64,000 bases of DNA from an uncultured Bacillota bacterium (GTDB taxonomy: Bacteria; Bacillota; DTU025; MWDF01), in NCBI GenBank assembly GCA_963823655.1, contig CAWGMK010000013.1, positions 1-64,000 on the forward strand, in the 5' to 3' direction. Below, piece after piece: positions 39,648 to 49,995 of this stretch; position 1 is the stretch's first letter; every line of letters starts with the position of its first letter. The notes below the pieces were generated by a model. That model saw only the letters and a list, made by a program, of their open reading frames with translations. It was not told the origin of the DNA and did not search any database. The position numbers and the translations under genes are program-made.

Positions 39648-41793
39648 GCCCTGTTAGGGGCCTCCTGTATTCCAGGAAGGGCGCCGCTTGCGCTCTCATC
39701 GGCAAGGCTTTCCTTGTATTGCAGCTGATAAAGGCCGTAATATATGCCCTTGTGGGTTAGAAGCTCCTGATGGGTCCCGCTTTCGCGTATCTTGCCCTTG
39801 TGAAGGACTATTATCCTGTCTGCATGCTGAATGGTCGAGAGCCTGTGGGCTATGACTATCGTTGTCCTGCCCTTTATGAGTTTGGGCAGGGCATCTTGTA
39901 TGAGCGCCTCGGTCTCTGTATCGATGTTGGCAGTAGCCTCATCGAGCACCAATACCGAAGGGTTGAAAGCAAGCGCCCGGGCGAAGGCCAGCAGCTGCCT
40001 CTGACCGGCGGACAATGTTGAGCCCCTTTCAGTCACTTTTGCGTCATATGCTCCGGGAAGGTTCCTGATGAAGTTGTCGGCATTGACATACTCTGCGACC
40101 TGCCTGACCTTCTCATCCGTAATGGCGCTATTGTTAAGCCTTATGTTGGTCTTAATATCGCCGGTGAAGAGGAAGACGTCCTGGAATACGGTCGACAGGT
40201 TGCGCCTCAGATCCTCCAAGGGAATCATGCCTGATATCTATGCCATCTATGAGGATGCTGCCCTTCTGAATATCGTAATATCTGCTCATAAGGCTGATTA
40301 TCGAAGTCTTGCCGGCGCCGGTCGCACCGACGAACGCAATCATCTGGCCAGGTTCAATGGTAAAGCTTACGTCCCTGAGCACCCATTCCTCGCCGATATA
40401 GGCGAACCAGACATTCCTGAACTCGATCTTCCCCGACAACCGGTCAATATGCTTCGCCTCGGGGCTCGTAACAATCTCAGGCTTCTTGTCGAGAAGCTGG
40501 AATATCCTCTCCGAAGAAGCCATCGCAGCCTGCAGAATATTGTATTTCTCCGCCATCTCATTAATCGGATGGAAGAACTGTCTGACGTAGTTAATGAAGG
40601 CGTAGAAGACGCCAATTTGCACTATGCCGGACATTACTCCTCCTGAGCCGTACCAAATCATCAAGGTAAGCGACATAGAGAAAATGAATTCCATGGTGGG
40701 CCTGAATATTGCGTACACCATGGTCTCCCTAAGGCCCGATTTGAAGTAGCTTGAGTTTATCTTGTCGAAATCCTCCTGTACCCTTTTCTCTACGCTGAAC
40801 AGGTGGATGACTTTGATGCCGCTGATGTTCTCGGAAAGTGTTGCGTTAATCTTAGCAAGCGCCGTTCTGAGCTTCCTGTAGGCGTCCATTGCATATTTCC
40901 TAAACAGCATCGTGGCAATGAAAATCAAAGGAAGCAGGGCATAAGATACCAGGGCAAGGCGATAGTCGAGGCGAAGCATGATTATCAGAATGCCGACGAT
41001 CATAAATACGTCTTTAAAGAGGTTCACTAGCACGCTCGTATACATCTCTATCAAGGTATCCGTGTCGTTCGTAACTCGCGTTACAAGCCTGCCGACAGGG
41101 TTTTTGTCCAAAAAGGCCATATCATGGGACATGATGTGGCTGAATATCTGGCCCCTCATCGAATACACGATGTTCTGACCGACCCAGTTAAGAAGCATTA
41201 TCTCGTAATATGTCAGCACGAACCCAATGAGGCCTGTCAGCATGATGATGGCGGCGATATCCCTGATCCTTGCGCTGTCATACTTCTTGTACTGCAGCAT
41301 CTTGGATTTCTCGATCTCAATAGCCCGGAATACTTGACCCTCGGAATCGCTCGCCTGGAGCAGTCCGGAGTTATCCTTGGACAGCATAAGATCGTGCGTC
41401 GATACAGTCCCCATCACAATGACGGGAGTCTTCTGGACAGAAATCACCGTGACTTGATTGAGGCCCGCTACGGATTCGTTTTTGAGCAGAGCCTTCCTGA
41501 CATAGGCCTTGCCATCTTGAACAAGAACGTACTTCTTCATCCACATAATCCGGTACTTCTGTAACAGAGGAGTATTCGTAGACCACGGTGCCGGTTCCGA
41601 TAATATAGTTGTCTATGGCCACCTTAAGCAGGTAAGGCCTTAGCAAGCTTGTGCCTGTAATGCCGAGCAGCATGACAAGGCCTATTGCAAGGTAGAGGAA
41701 ATATGGACGGGCATAGCCGATGAGCCGGCGCATAAGCGCCGCATCATAGGCTTTTCCCAGAACTTCTTCTTCGTGGTAGTTGGCCATCTGCAA
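39644..41793 (-). CDS. Heterodimeric ABC exporter subunit (MdlB-like), frameshifts near 41540 and 40230
   Basis: [47 protein letters not shown] and LDEATANID are split over three ORFs. Confidence 0.88.
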
Positions 41794-41807
41794 TCATACT
41801 GAACCGA

Positions 41808-43559
41808 CTATAAGGCGGCCAGCTCCTCCTCCAATAGTTGTCTGCTGTACATATCGGCATAAATGCCGCCCTGGGCGACCAGATCGTCGTGCTTTCCTCT
41901 TTCAATAACGTTTCCTTCATCAAGGACTATGATCTCGTCCGCATGCTTTATAGTCGAGATCCTGTGCGATATCACTATGCTCGTATGCCCTTTAAGCTCT
42001 TCCGTAAGGGCCTTCAGTATGCTCTCCTCGGTTTGCGTATCAACGGCGGACAGGCAGTCGTCCAGGATCACTATCCTTGGCTTATGGATAAGAGCCCTTG
42101 CGATGGCGACCCGCTGCTTCTGACCGCCTGATAGGGTTACGCCGCGCTCGCCCACCATCGTATCGAACTTGTCAGGGAATTCATTGATGTCCTGGTAGAT
42201 GTGAGCAATCTTCGCGTATTGCTCTACCTTCTCGGAAGGAAGGTCCGTGTCTGCAAATGCTATGTTCTCCCGTATTGTAGTCGAGAACAGGAATGATTCC
42301 TGCGGTACGCAGCCGACCTGCGTTCTCAATGTCGAAAGAGGGATCTTGTTGATATCCACTCCGTCAATGAAAACCGAACCCGCCGGAGGATTATATAGCC
42401 TTGTGAGCACTGACGCAAGGCTGGATTTGCCGCTTCCGAGGCGGCCTACTACAGCGAGCATCTCGCCTGCTTTGACATTCACGTCGAGAGATTTGATCAC
42501 GGGCCTGGAGCCGTCTTTTTCATAACTGAAAGTAAGATTCCTGATGGAAATGTCCCCTTTGATTTCGAAGGGTGCCACGGCGTCCGCATCATCCTTGACA
42601 TCAGGGGTTTCCGTAAATATCTTATTGAGCCTGGCCGCCGACGCCATGCCCCTCTGGATAATATTTATAACCCAGCCCATGCCTATCATGGGCCAGACGA
42701 GCGAACCCAGGTAGCTGTAGAACATTACGAAAGAACCCAATCCGATCTCACCGCTTGCCACCATTGCGCCGCCCTGCCATATGGCGATCACGAAGGCCAT
42801 CGTGGCGAACAGGTTTATCATCGGCTCGAAGACAGCGTCCACTTTCATCAGTGCGACGTTCTTATCGAAGTTGTTCTTTGCGGACTTCATGAAGTTGGCC
42901 GTTTCCAGCCCTTCCTGAGCGAATCCCTTTATTACCCTGATTCCGGATATGCTCTCCTGAGCCCGGTCCGTAAGGTCTGAGAAGGATTCCTGCACCGCTT
43001 TGAAGCGCTGGTTGATGATCTTTCCGAAGTAGAAGACGCTTACTGCGATGAATGGGAAGGGCACCAGACCCAACAGGGCCAGTTTCGTCGGAACGCTGGC
43101 AAACAGCATGACCGTTGTTGCCAGGGTGAGGAAGAGGCTGTCGAAAGTCAGCACAATGCCGGTTCCCAGGCTCTCGCGCACAGCTCTGATGTCATTGGTA
43201 GCATGCGCCATCAAATCGCCTGTCTTGTTTTGCGTGTAGTATCGTTCTGAAAGCTCTGTAAGTTTGCGGAAGAGCATTTTCCGCATCTCATAATCCGCGC
43301 GCCTGGAGGTCCTGTTGACGAACCATCTCCACAGGAAGCGGTTGAGCATTGCGAATGCCCCGATGGCGACCAGCCACCAGACGTAATACATCAGGCTCTT
43401 ATATTCCAATGTGCCGTCCGCAAGGCCGTCTGTAATCGGCCCCAATATCCTCGGGACTACTACTTCACATGCGTCTACGAGTATGAGGAAAATGACACCG
43501 AGCAGGTATCTCCAAAGGTTCTTCTTCAGGAAGGCTTTCAAAAATGCGTAGTGTTTCAC
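41808..43559 (-). CDS. Heterodimeric ABC exporter subunit (MdlA-like)
   Basis: TGDLMAHATND, GRLGSGKS, LSGGQKQR, degenerate Walker B LDDCLSAVD. Confidence 0.92.
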   Translation of the reverse strand: MKHYAFLKAFLKKNLWRYLLGVIFLILVDACEVVVPRILGPITDGLADGTLEYKSLMYYVWWLVAIGAFAMLNRFLWRWFVNRTSRRADYEMRKMLFRKLTELSERYYTQNKTGDLMAHATNDIRAVRESLGTGIVLTFDSLFLTLATTVMLFASVPTKLALLGLVPFPFIAVSVFYFGKIINQRFKAVQESFSDLTDRAQESISGIRVIKGFAQEGLETANFMKSAKNNFDKNVALMKVDAVFEPMINLFATMAFVIAIWQGGAMVASGEIGLGSFVMFYSYLGSLVWPMIGMGWVINIIQRGMASAARLNKIFTETPDVKDDADAVAPFEIKGDISIRNLTFSYEKDGSRPVIKSLDVNVKAGEMLAVVGRLGSGKSSLASVLTRLYNPPAGSVFIDGVDINKIPLSTLRTQVGCVPQESFLFSTTIRENIAFADTDLPSEKVEQYAKIAHIYQDINEFPDKFDTMVGERGVTLSGGQKQRVAIARALIHKPRIVILDDCLSAVDTQTEESILKALTEELKGHTSIVISHRISTIKHADEIIVLDEGNVIERGKHDDLVAQGGIYADMYSRQLLEEELAAL

Positions 43560-43642
43560 AATACCCCCAGGCGCCAGAACGGCAATTCAATATTATACAA
43601 CCGCAAAGCCATATTTCCATACAGAGTTATTAATCAGCTGTC

Positions 43643-43672
43643 AAAAAAAGGGCATCCGACAAGCGGATGCCC
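43643..43672 (-). terminator. Intrinsic terminator of the opp operon
   Basis: GGGCATCCG/CGGATGCCC stem followed by T7 on the minus strand. Confidence 0.8.
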
Positions 43673-43696
43673 GAAGCTGGTTCGTGCCTTACCGCA

Positions 43697-44824
43697 TCAT
43701 AACTTGGACCTTGGATCGAAAGCGTCCCTTAATCCGTCTCCCAGGAGGTTGTAGCACAGCACCGCCGCGAAGATGAATACCCCGGCCAGAAGGTTCCAAG
43801 GTGACCTGGTCAGAGTCTGCAGGTTCATGGCGGAGGTGAGCATGTTGCCCCATGAGGCGTCCGGTTCCTGTATCCCTAAGCCAAGGAATGAAAGGCCGGA
43901 TTCACCCAGTATGTAACCGGGTATGGAAAGGGTCGCGCTGACTATGACGAACGACAGGGTATTGGGAAGTATGTGCTTGGTTATGATCCTCATATCGCTT
44001 GAGCCGATCGCCCTTGCGGCCTGAACGTACTCGCGCGTCTTGATGGAAAGGACCATGCCTCTGATTATCCTCGCCATTCCAGCCCAGCTGATGAAGCTCA
44101 GGATGGCGACTATCAGGAAGTAGCGCATCGTGGAGCTCAGATCCCTTGGCAATACCGCGGCGAGGGCCAACAGAAGATAGAAGCTAGGGATGGACATGAT
44201 TATCTCTGCTAGCCTCATCATAATATTGTCTATCCAGCCGCCGTAGTAGCCTGAGGTACCTCCGAACAGCATGCCTATCGTAAGTGTTATCAGTATGCCC
44301 GCCCATCCTACGAACAGGGAAGCCCTGCCGCCGTAAAGCACCCGGCTGAAGTAGTCCCTGCCGTAGTCATCCGAGCCCATGATGAAAATCAGGCCCTCTT
44401 CGCCGTCCGCGGCCCTTGCCCCGTAAAGGTGGATGTTGGATTTGATGCCCAGGAAACTCCACATATTGCGCGGGTCGTCGCTGCGGGTGAAGAAGCTGAC
44501 GTAGTACTTCTTGTCCTTCACTTCCTCATAGAGCTGGGACAGGGGGTCGTTCATGACCATCGCGTACACGAAAGGCCTGCTGAAGTTCCCGTTTTCGTCC
44601 TTCCAGTACACTTTGCTCGGAGGCTGCAGATAGTTGTTCCTCTGTGTAGCATGCATGTGATAAGGCGCGAGGAAACCTGCAAAGATTACCGCCAGATACA
44701 TGATGATTAGGATGTAGGCTGATATCATGGCAAGCTTATGCCTCTTTAGCCTCATCCAAGCAATTCTCCATGGGGATCTTACTTTCTCAGTATCGCAGGC
44801 CTGCACATCGGTCTTCTTAGCCAT
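43697..44824 (-). CDS. oppC: Oligopeptide/dipeptide ABC permease (OppC-like)
   Basis: W.RLKRHKLA, G.D..GRD.FSR..YG.R.SL, EYVQAARAIG, LSFLGLG, GDGLRDAFDP. Confidence 0.88.
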   Translation of the reverse strand: MAKKTDVQACDTEKVRSPWRIAWMRLKRHKLAMISAYILIIMYLAVIFAGFLAPYHMHATQRNNYLQPPSKVYWKDENGNFSRPFVYAMVMNDPLSQLYEEVKDKKYYVSFFTRSDDPRNMWSFLGIKSNIHLYGARAADGEEGLIFIMGSDDYGRDYFSRVLYGGRASLFVGWAGILITLTIGMLFGGTSGYYGGWIDNIMMRLAEIIMSIPSFYLLLALAAVLPRDLSSTMRYFLIVAILSFISWAGMARIIRGMVLSIKTREYVQAARAIGSSDMRIITKHILPNTLSFVIVSATLSIPGYILGESGLSFLGLGIQEPDASWGNMLTSAMNLQTLTRSPWNLLAGVFIFAAVLCYNLLGDGLRDAFDPRSKL

Positions 44825-44837
44825 TTGCGCTCCCCCC

Positions 44838-45809
44838 TTACTGGTACCTTATGCGCGGATCGGATACTGCCAGCAGTACATCCGCGATAAGGTTGCCTAT
44901 GATTAGGAGCGCTGCGCCCATGACCATGTTGCCCATGGCGAGGTAGATATCTTTCCTCTGCACTGCTTCCAGCATCATCTGTCCCATTCCAGGCCATGCG
45001 ATGATCGTTTCCGTCAGCGCCGCCCCAGATAACAGGCCTCCGAGCTGGAATCCGAATATCGTAATGAGGGGGTTGATAGCGTTTCTTACAGCGTGCTTCC
45101 AGATGACTTTGCCCTCCGAGAGGCCCTTGGACCTTGCCGTAGTGACGTAATCCTGCCTGAGGACTTCCAGGAGGTTTCCCCTCATCTGCCTCATAAGGCC
45201 GGCAACGCCGCCGAAACCGAGCACTATGGTCGGTATGACCAGATGCCTGGCCAGGTCAACGATCTTCTCGGGGAATGTCATCCAGTCGAAACCTATCGAA
45301 GTCATGCCTCCGATCGGCAGGTTCATAAATCGGGTCGTGGCAACGAAATATAATAGCAGTAGCGCCACGAAGAATGACGGGGCGGATATGCCCATGAACG
45401 CGAATATCGTAAGAACGCCATCTGTAAAGGAATATTTCTTGACCGCGGAGATTACGCCGATGGGGATTGCCAGCAACCAGGACACGATCATCGATGTTAT
45501 CGATAGCAGCAATGTATTGTACATCCTGGTCCGTATCAGGAATGAGACTGGGGCTCGATAAGTGAACGAATATCCGAAATTGCCCCTTAGCAGCTGGAAG
45601 AACCAGCGGAAATACTGCTCATAAAGCGGCCTGTCCAGGCCGAAAGATGCACGCATCTGCTCAATGGTCTCCGGTGAGTTGTCTGGATTCATCCTGAGCG
45701 CCGTCAGGAAATCTCCAGGTGCAAGATTCATCACAGCGAAAGCTACAAGGCTAATCCCGATGATTATCGGGATCAGGCTGAGAAGCCTCCTTAGGATATA
45801 AGCACCCAT
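44838..45809 (-). CDS. oppB: Oligopeptide/dipeptide ABC permease (OppB-like)
   Basis: YILRRL, PGD, GLD.P...QY..W, QDYV.TARSKGL, KHA.RNA, DPRIR; ATG 45809 after GGAGG. Confidence 0.88.
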   Translation of the reverse strand: MGAYILRRLLSLIPIIIGISLVAFAVMNLAPGDFLTALRMNPDNSPETIEQMRASFGLDRPLYEQYFRWFFQLLRGNFGYSFTYRAPVSFLIRTRMYNTLLLSITSMIVSWLLAIPIGVISAVKKYSFTDGVLTIFAFMGISAPSFFVALLLLYFVATTRFMNLPIGGMTSIGFDWMTFPEKIVDLARHLVIPTIVLGFGGVAGLMRQMRGNLLEVLRQDYVTTARSKGLSEGKVIWKHAVRNAINPLITIFGFQLGGLLSGAALTETIIAWPGMGQMMLEAVQRKDIYLAMGNMVMGAALLIIGNLIADVLLAVSDPRIRYQ

Positions 45810-45844
45810 TAGTACCTCCAATAAAAAACCGCCCTGGAAGGTTA

Positions 45845-45871
45845 GCGGGCCGGCAGTTCTTGCCGGCCCGC
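45845..45871 (-). promoter_or_regulatory. Intercistronic stem-loop after oppA
   Basis: GCGGGCCGGCA/TGCCGGCCCGC 11-bp stem without a U tract. Confidence 0.55.
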
Positions 45872-45901
45872 GTCACGCCATTCCGGCAGTCTATTAGCCG
45901 T

Positions 45902-47626
45902 TTACGGCTTTATGTAATAGATCTCTTCGAGGTTATGGATCGTTCCGCCGTACGCGGTCGGCTTTACGTTGGCCAGAGTGTTCCTCATGGCTGCGATCGA
46001 CTGAGGGGCCGCGAAGTAGATTAGCGGTACCTGATCGGATACGATCAGCTGCCACTTCTCATAGATGGCCGCGCGCTTGGCGGGGTCAACTACTTTGACG
46101 CCATCGTCAAATATCTTGTCGATCTCAGCTTCCCATGCGGTTGCGGGGGAATCCTGGACGGGGTTCCACATATGCAGTCCGCCGGAGCTGTGCCATACGT
46201 TCCTGCCGTTGTTGGGCTCGACGGAACCGGTAAGGCCGATGATGATGGTATCGAACTCGAAGGTGTCCATAAGCTTCTCGACCAATGTGTTGAAGGTATA
46301 TGTCGTGACCTTGGCGTCGATGCCGGCCTTCTTCAGGTCCTCAACCAGGATGTTGGCTATCTTCATACGGTTGCTGTTCTCGCTGTGGGTGGTCACTTCG
46401 AACTTGACCTGGCGTCCGGTCTTGTCGACCAGCTTGCCGTCCACATACTTGAATCCGCCCTGTGCGAACATGGCCTTCGCCTTGTCGAGGGAGTAGGCGT
46501 ACTGGGTTACGTTCTTGCTCAAGAACTCCTTGTTGGGGGCCGAAACGGCGCTCCACTGGGGTTCAGCGAGTCCTGCATAGACCTGGTTGATGATTGTGGT
46601 CTTGTCTACCAGGTGGGCGACGCCCTTCCTGAAGTACTGGTTGTTGAACCACTCGAACTTCCAGGGCTCCTTGTCCTTTGCGAAGTTCGGGTTCCTGGGG
46701 TTCATATTGAATACGACGAACTCTGTCGAGAATGTCGCGCCGAGGTTGTAAAGGGTGAAGTTCTCCTTCTTCTGGAGATCTTTGAATGTGGCATAGTCGG
46801 TGTTCTTGATGCCGAGTATGTCGGTTTCCGCTGCGCGGAACTTCAGGGTCTGGGTCTCGAGGTTCGGTACGAGCATACGGACGTACCTGGTGATGTACGG
46901 CAGGACCTGGCCCTTGCTGTTCTTCACCCAGTAATTGGCATTGCGCAGATATACTACATATTCATTGGGCTTGTACTGCGCCATTGTGTACATGCCGGTT
47001 CCGACGATGTCCTTGACGGGGGTATTGATGCCCCAGGTCTCGTTGAACTTGCCGGCCTTCCAGGGGGCTTCGAGCTTATGCTTCGGGAGGATCTCAATCA
47101 TGATCTGGCGAAGCAGCGGCGCGAAGGTCGAGGGGAGGGTGAACTCTACGGTATAGGTGTCGATCTTCTTGTACTTGAGGTACTGGCCGTCGATGGTCAG
47201 TACGTCGCGGGAAGAGGTCTGAATGTTCTCGTCGTAAATTACGTCGAAGGAGAAGACCACGTCATCAGCGGTCATTTCCTTGCCGTCGGAGAACTTGACG
47301 CCTTGCCTGAGGAAGAACGTCCATACGAGGCCATCCTCGCTGAACTTCCAGCTCTTGGCCAGGCTGGGGATGACGGCCGTAGTAACGCCGTCGGTTGAGG
47401 TCAGGCCCTCGAATATGGGCGCAAGAATATCGGTTGAAGAGGTCTCAGCTGCAGTCACCGGGTTGAAAGTCTTCGGGTCGGTGATCTGTGCTACAACCAA
47501 CTGGCCGCCGAAGGTGCCTACCGGCATCTCGCTGACCTTGTACTCCGTCGCTGCGGCCATGACCGGCAGCATCATGGAGCCGATGAATAACATCGCCAGG
47601 AAAAGGGACACGGCTCTTTTGAACAT
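45902..47626 (-). CDS. oppA: Family-5 (peptide/oligosaccharide) ABC substrate-binding protein
   Basis: Signal peptide, DPKTFNP, LAKSW..S.DG..WTF.LR.GVKFSDG..TA.DV.F, GTG.Y. Confidence 0.85.
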   Translation of the reverse strand: MFKRAVSLFLAMLFIGSMMLPVMAAATEYKVSEMPVGTFGGQLVVAQITDPKTFNPVTAAETSSTDILAPIFEGLTSTDGVTTAVIPSLAKSWKFSEDGLVWTFFLRQGVKFSDGKEMTADDVVFSFDVIYDENIQTSSRDVLTIDGQYLKYKKIDTYTVEFTLPSTFAPLLRQIMIEILPKHKLEAPWKAGKFNETWGINTPVKDIVGTGMYTMAQYKPNEYVVYLRNANYWVKNSKGQVLPYITRYVRMLVPNLETQTLKFRAAETDILGIKNTDYATFKDLQKKENFTLYNLGATFSTEFVVFNMNPRNPNFAKDKEPWKFEWFNNQYFRKGVAHLVDKTTIINQVYAGLAEPQWSAVSAPNKEFLSKNVTQYAYSLDKAKAMFAQGGFKYVDGKLVDKTGRQVKFEVTTHSENSNRMKIANILVEDLKKAGIDAKVTTYTFNTLVEKLMDTFEFDTIIIGLTGSVEPNNGRNVWHSSGGLHMWNPVQDSPATAWEAEIDKIFDDGVKVVDPAKRAAIYEKWQLIVSDQVPLIYFAAPQSIAAMRNTLANVKPTAYGGTIHNLEEIYYIKP

Positions 47627-47879
47627 CCTTGGAACGCCTCCTTTGTCTTATTAGCTTGCACTTTTCTATTTGGTCTACGTTTAAGTAGCCACACGCGGGT
47701 CAAGATAGATATGACAATTCTTCACGGATACCGTGGAATCCTGCTAATGGGTTATTTTTGCTAATGTTATACTTATCGGGCCGCATAGTCAATATCCGCG
47801 TCGCCCACATACATATAGTATAATTTTACCTAGTGATTATGCAATGAGGCATAATTTGCATCTTTGTACGGGGGTCGAA

Positions 47880-48497
47880 ATGCAGGAACATTATTTTTCG
47901 AAGAAGCCGACGGCGCAGTCGGCGCCTAAGGACATCGCCTATTCATATCTGGGGAAGGCCTTCTCTTTCCGCACCGACGCAGGAGTGTTCTCCAAGACCA
48001 AGGTGGACAGGGGTTCGGACTTGCTCCTTGAGGCGCTCGAGCGCGTTTCTTCCGCCTCATTCCTGGATATGGGATGCGGTTACGGACCTGTGGGGATTTG
48101 TTATGGCGCGGCACATCCTAAATCAAGGATATTCATGGCCGACATTAATGAGAGGGCTTGTGCGCTTGCAACATCGAACGCCTCGGCCAACGGCGTGAAG
48201 GCGGATGTCAGGCAATCGGACGGTTTCGCCTCCCTTGCAGGAATGGAGTTCGACTGCATAGCCATGAATCCTCCGATAAGGGCGGGCAAGGAAATCCTCA
48301 GAAGGCTGATGGCAGAGGCCAAAGCAGCCCTTGTCGACGGCGGGAGGCTCTTCATTGTGATCAGGACCAGGCAGGGGGCGGGCAGTATGAGAGAATTCCT
48401 CACAGAGCTGTTCGGCAACTGTGAAGAACCAGAAAGAGGCTCCGGCTTCAGGGTCCTTGAGTGCACTAAGGGTGCTGCAGAAACGGAGCAAGACTAG
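47880..48497 (+). CDS. rsmC: RsmC/YbxB-like class I SAM methyltransferase
   Basis: HYFS..P, F.TD.GVFS...VD.GS.LL, LD.GCGYG..G, DINERA, NPPIRAGK, QGA.S. Confidence 0.85.
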   Translation: MQEHYFSKKPTAQSAPKDIAYSYLGKAFSFRTDAGVFSKTKVDRGSDLLLEALERVSSASFLDMGCGYGPVGICYGAAHPKSRIFMADINERACALATSNASANGVKADVRQSDGFASLAGMEFDCIAMNPPIRAGKEILRRLMAEAKAALVDGGRLFIVIRTRQGAGSMREFLTELFGNCEEPERGSGFRVLECTKGAAETEQD

Positions 48498-48546
48498 CTT
48501 ATTGAGTGCATGCCAGCTTAGATTTGATTTGTGAAGCCGATTACTG

Positions 48547-49980
48547 ATGGCAGGTGGTAGCGAAGTGGCTGAGTATCTGGCAAATGTGGCCCCAAAGACG
48601 AACATTACGCTTCTATCGTTCGGCTACAAATACGGTGTGCCGAACGACGCGGAATTCCTGTATGACGTGCGGTTCCTGAGGAACCCGTATTATATTCCGC
48701 ACCTGAAGAGCCTGAACGGCAACTTCAGCGCGGTATCCGATTATGTGATGGAAGATCCGCTTACCGAGCAGATCATTAACCAGATAACCCAGGTTGTCTC
48801 ACTGACTGACGAAAGGTACAGGCAGAGGGGCAGGGGCTGGCTGGTGATAGGAATCGGCTGTACCGGAGGAAGGCACAGGTCGGTAGCGGTCGTAAACGAG
48901 CTGAGAAGAAGGCTCGAGCAGGACGGCTACCCGGTGAACGTCCTTCACAGGGACATAGACAAGGAAATCGACGCCTACTTCGGGCAGGATCCTGCATGGA
49001 CAGGGTTCAAACGCAGCCATGAGGAGGAGAGCAAAGGAAGCGGATTGAGGATAGCGGCAATAGGAGGGGGCACGGGGATGCCGGCCGTACTTAGGGGGCT
49101 TAAGCACTTCACCTCCAACATAACCGCGATAGTGACTGTGACCGACGACGGAGGAAGCTCTGGCAGGCTGGTCAAGGAGATGGATATGCCACCTCCGGGG
49201 GATATTAGGAACTGCATACTCGCTATGTCAAACACCGAACCACTTATGGAGAAGCTGTTCCAGTACAGGTTTGCGGCGAACGGGGACATCACAGGGCATG
49301 CATTTGGTAACCTTTTCCTTGCCGCGATGACCGATATTACCGGTGATTTCCAGGAAGCCATCAGGGAATGCTCCACGGTGCTTTCTGTAAGAGGCGAGGT
49401 TGTGCCGGCAACTATGAGCATGTGCCGTTTAAGAGCTGAGATGCAAGACGGCTCCGAAGTATACGGAGAGACCGAAATCAACCGGTACGGCGTCGGAATC
49501 AAGCACCTGAACATGGAGCCTGAGGGGATAAGGGCCCTGCCCACTGCCATAGATGCCATCCTGGATGCTGACCTTGTGGTCATAGGCCCGGGAAGCCTTT
49601 ACACTTCGATAATCACGAATCTTCTCATACCGGGCATCGCCGATGCGCTTCGATCCACCAGGGCAAGGAAGGTATATGTGTGCAATACCATGACCGAGGC
49701 CGGCGAGACCAATCAATACACAGCATGCGACCATCTCAAAGCCATGTTCGACCATGCGGGGCAGGGGATCTGCGATACGATAATCGTAAACAGTTCGCTA
49801 ATGCCTGACGTGCTGCTGGATGCTTACCGCAAAGAGGGCGCGGCCCAGGTGAGCTACGATCCTGTGGCTCTTCGTGCTTTGGGCATGCATGTGCTTGAAG
49901 CGGATGTAGCCTCTGCTGGCGAGCATTACAAGCACGACTCCGGCAAGCTGGCTAAAGCCATAATCAGCCTCATTGCCTAG
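48547..49980 (+). CDS. Fusion of a RapZ/YvcJ C-terminal domain and YvcK/GlmR (UPF0052)
   Basis: Residues ~19-140: SFGYKYGVP..A..L.DVRFL.NPYY, IGCTGG.HRSV, HRD. From residue ~167: IGGGTG, TAIVTV.DDGGSSG.L, PPGDIRNC, GH.FGNL, GPGSLYTS, HD..KLA. One open frame. Confidence 0.9.
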   Translation: MAGGSEVAEYLANVAPKTNITLLSFGYKYGVPNDAEFLYDVRFLRNPYYIPHLKSLNGNFSAVSDYVMEDPLTEQIINQITQVVSLTDERYRQRGRGWLVIGIGCTGGRHRSVAVVNELRRRLEQDGYPVNVLHRDIDKEIDAYFGQDPAWTGFKRSHEEESKGSGLRIAAIGGGTGMPAVLRGLKHFTSNITAIVTVTDDGGSSGRLVKEMDMPPPGDIRNCILAMSNTEPLMEKLFQYRFAANGDITGHAFGNLFLAAMTDITGDFQEAIRECSTVLSVRGEVVPATMSMCRLRAEMQDGSEVYGETEINRYGVGIKHLNMEPEGIRALPTAIDAILDADLVVIGPGSLYTSIITNLLIPGIADALRSTRARKVYVCNTMTEAGETNQYTACDHLKAMFDHAGQGICDTIIVNSSLMPDVLLDAYRKEGAAQVSYDPVALRALGMHVLEADVASAGEHYKHDSGKLAKAIISLIA

Positions 49981-49995
49981 GCGAGGGGATCGAAT

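Noticed and set aside
46172-47398. 408-aa ORF antisense to oppA (similarly 54494-55762 and 16910-17674)
   Set aside because: Open antisense frames are expected opposite genes with strong codon bias; no protein motifs.
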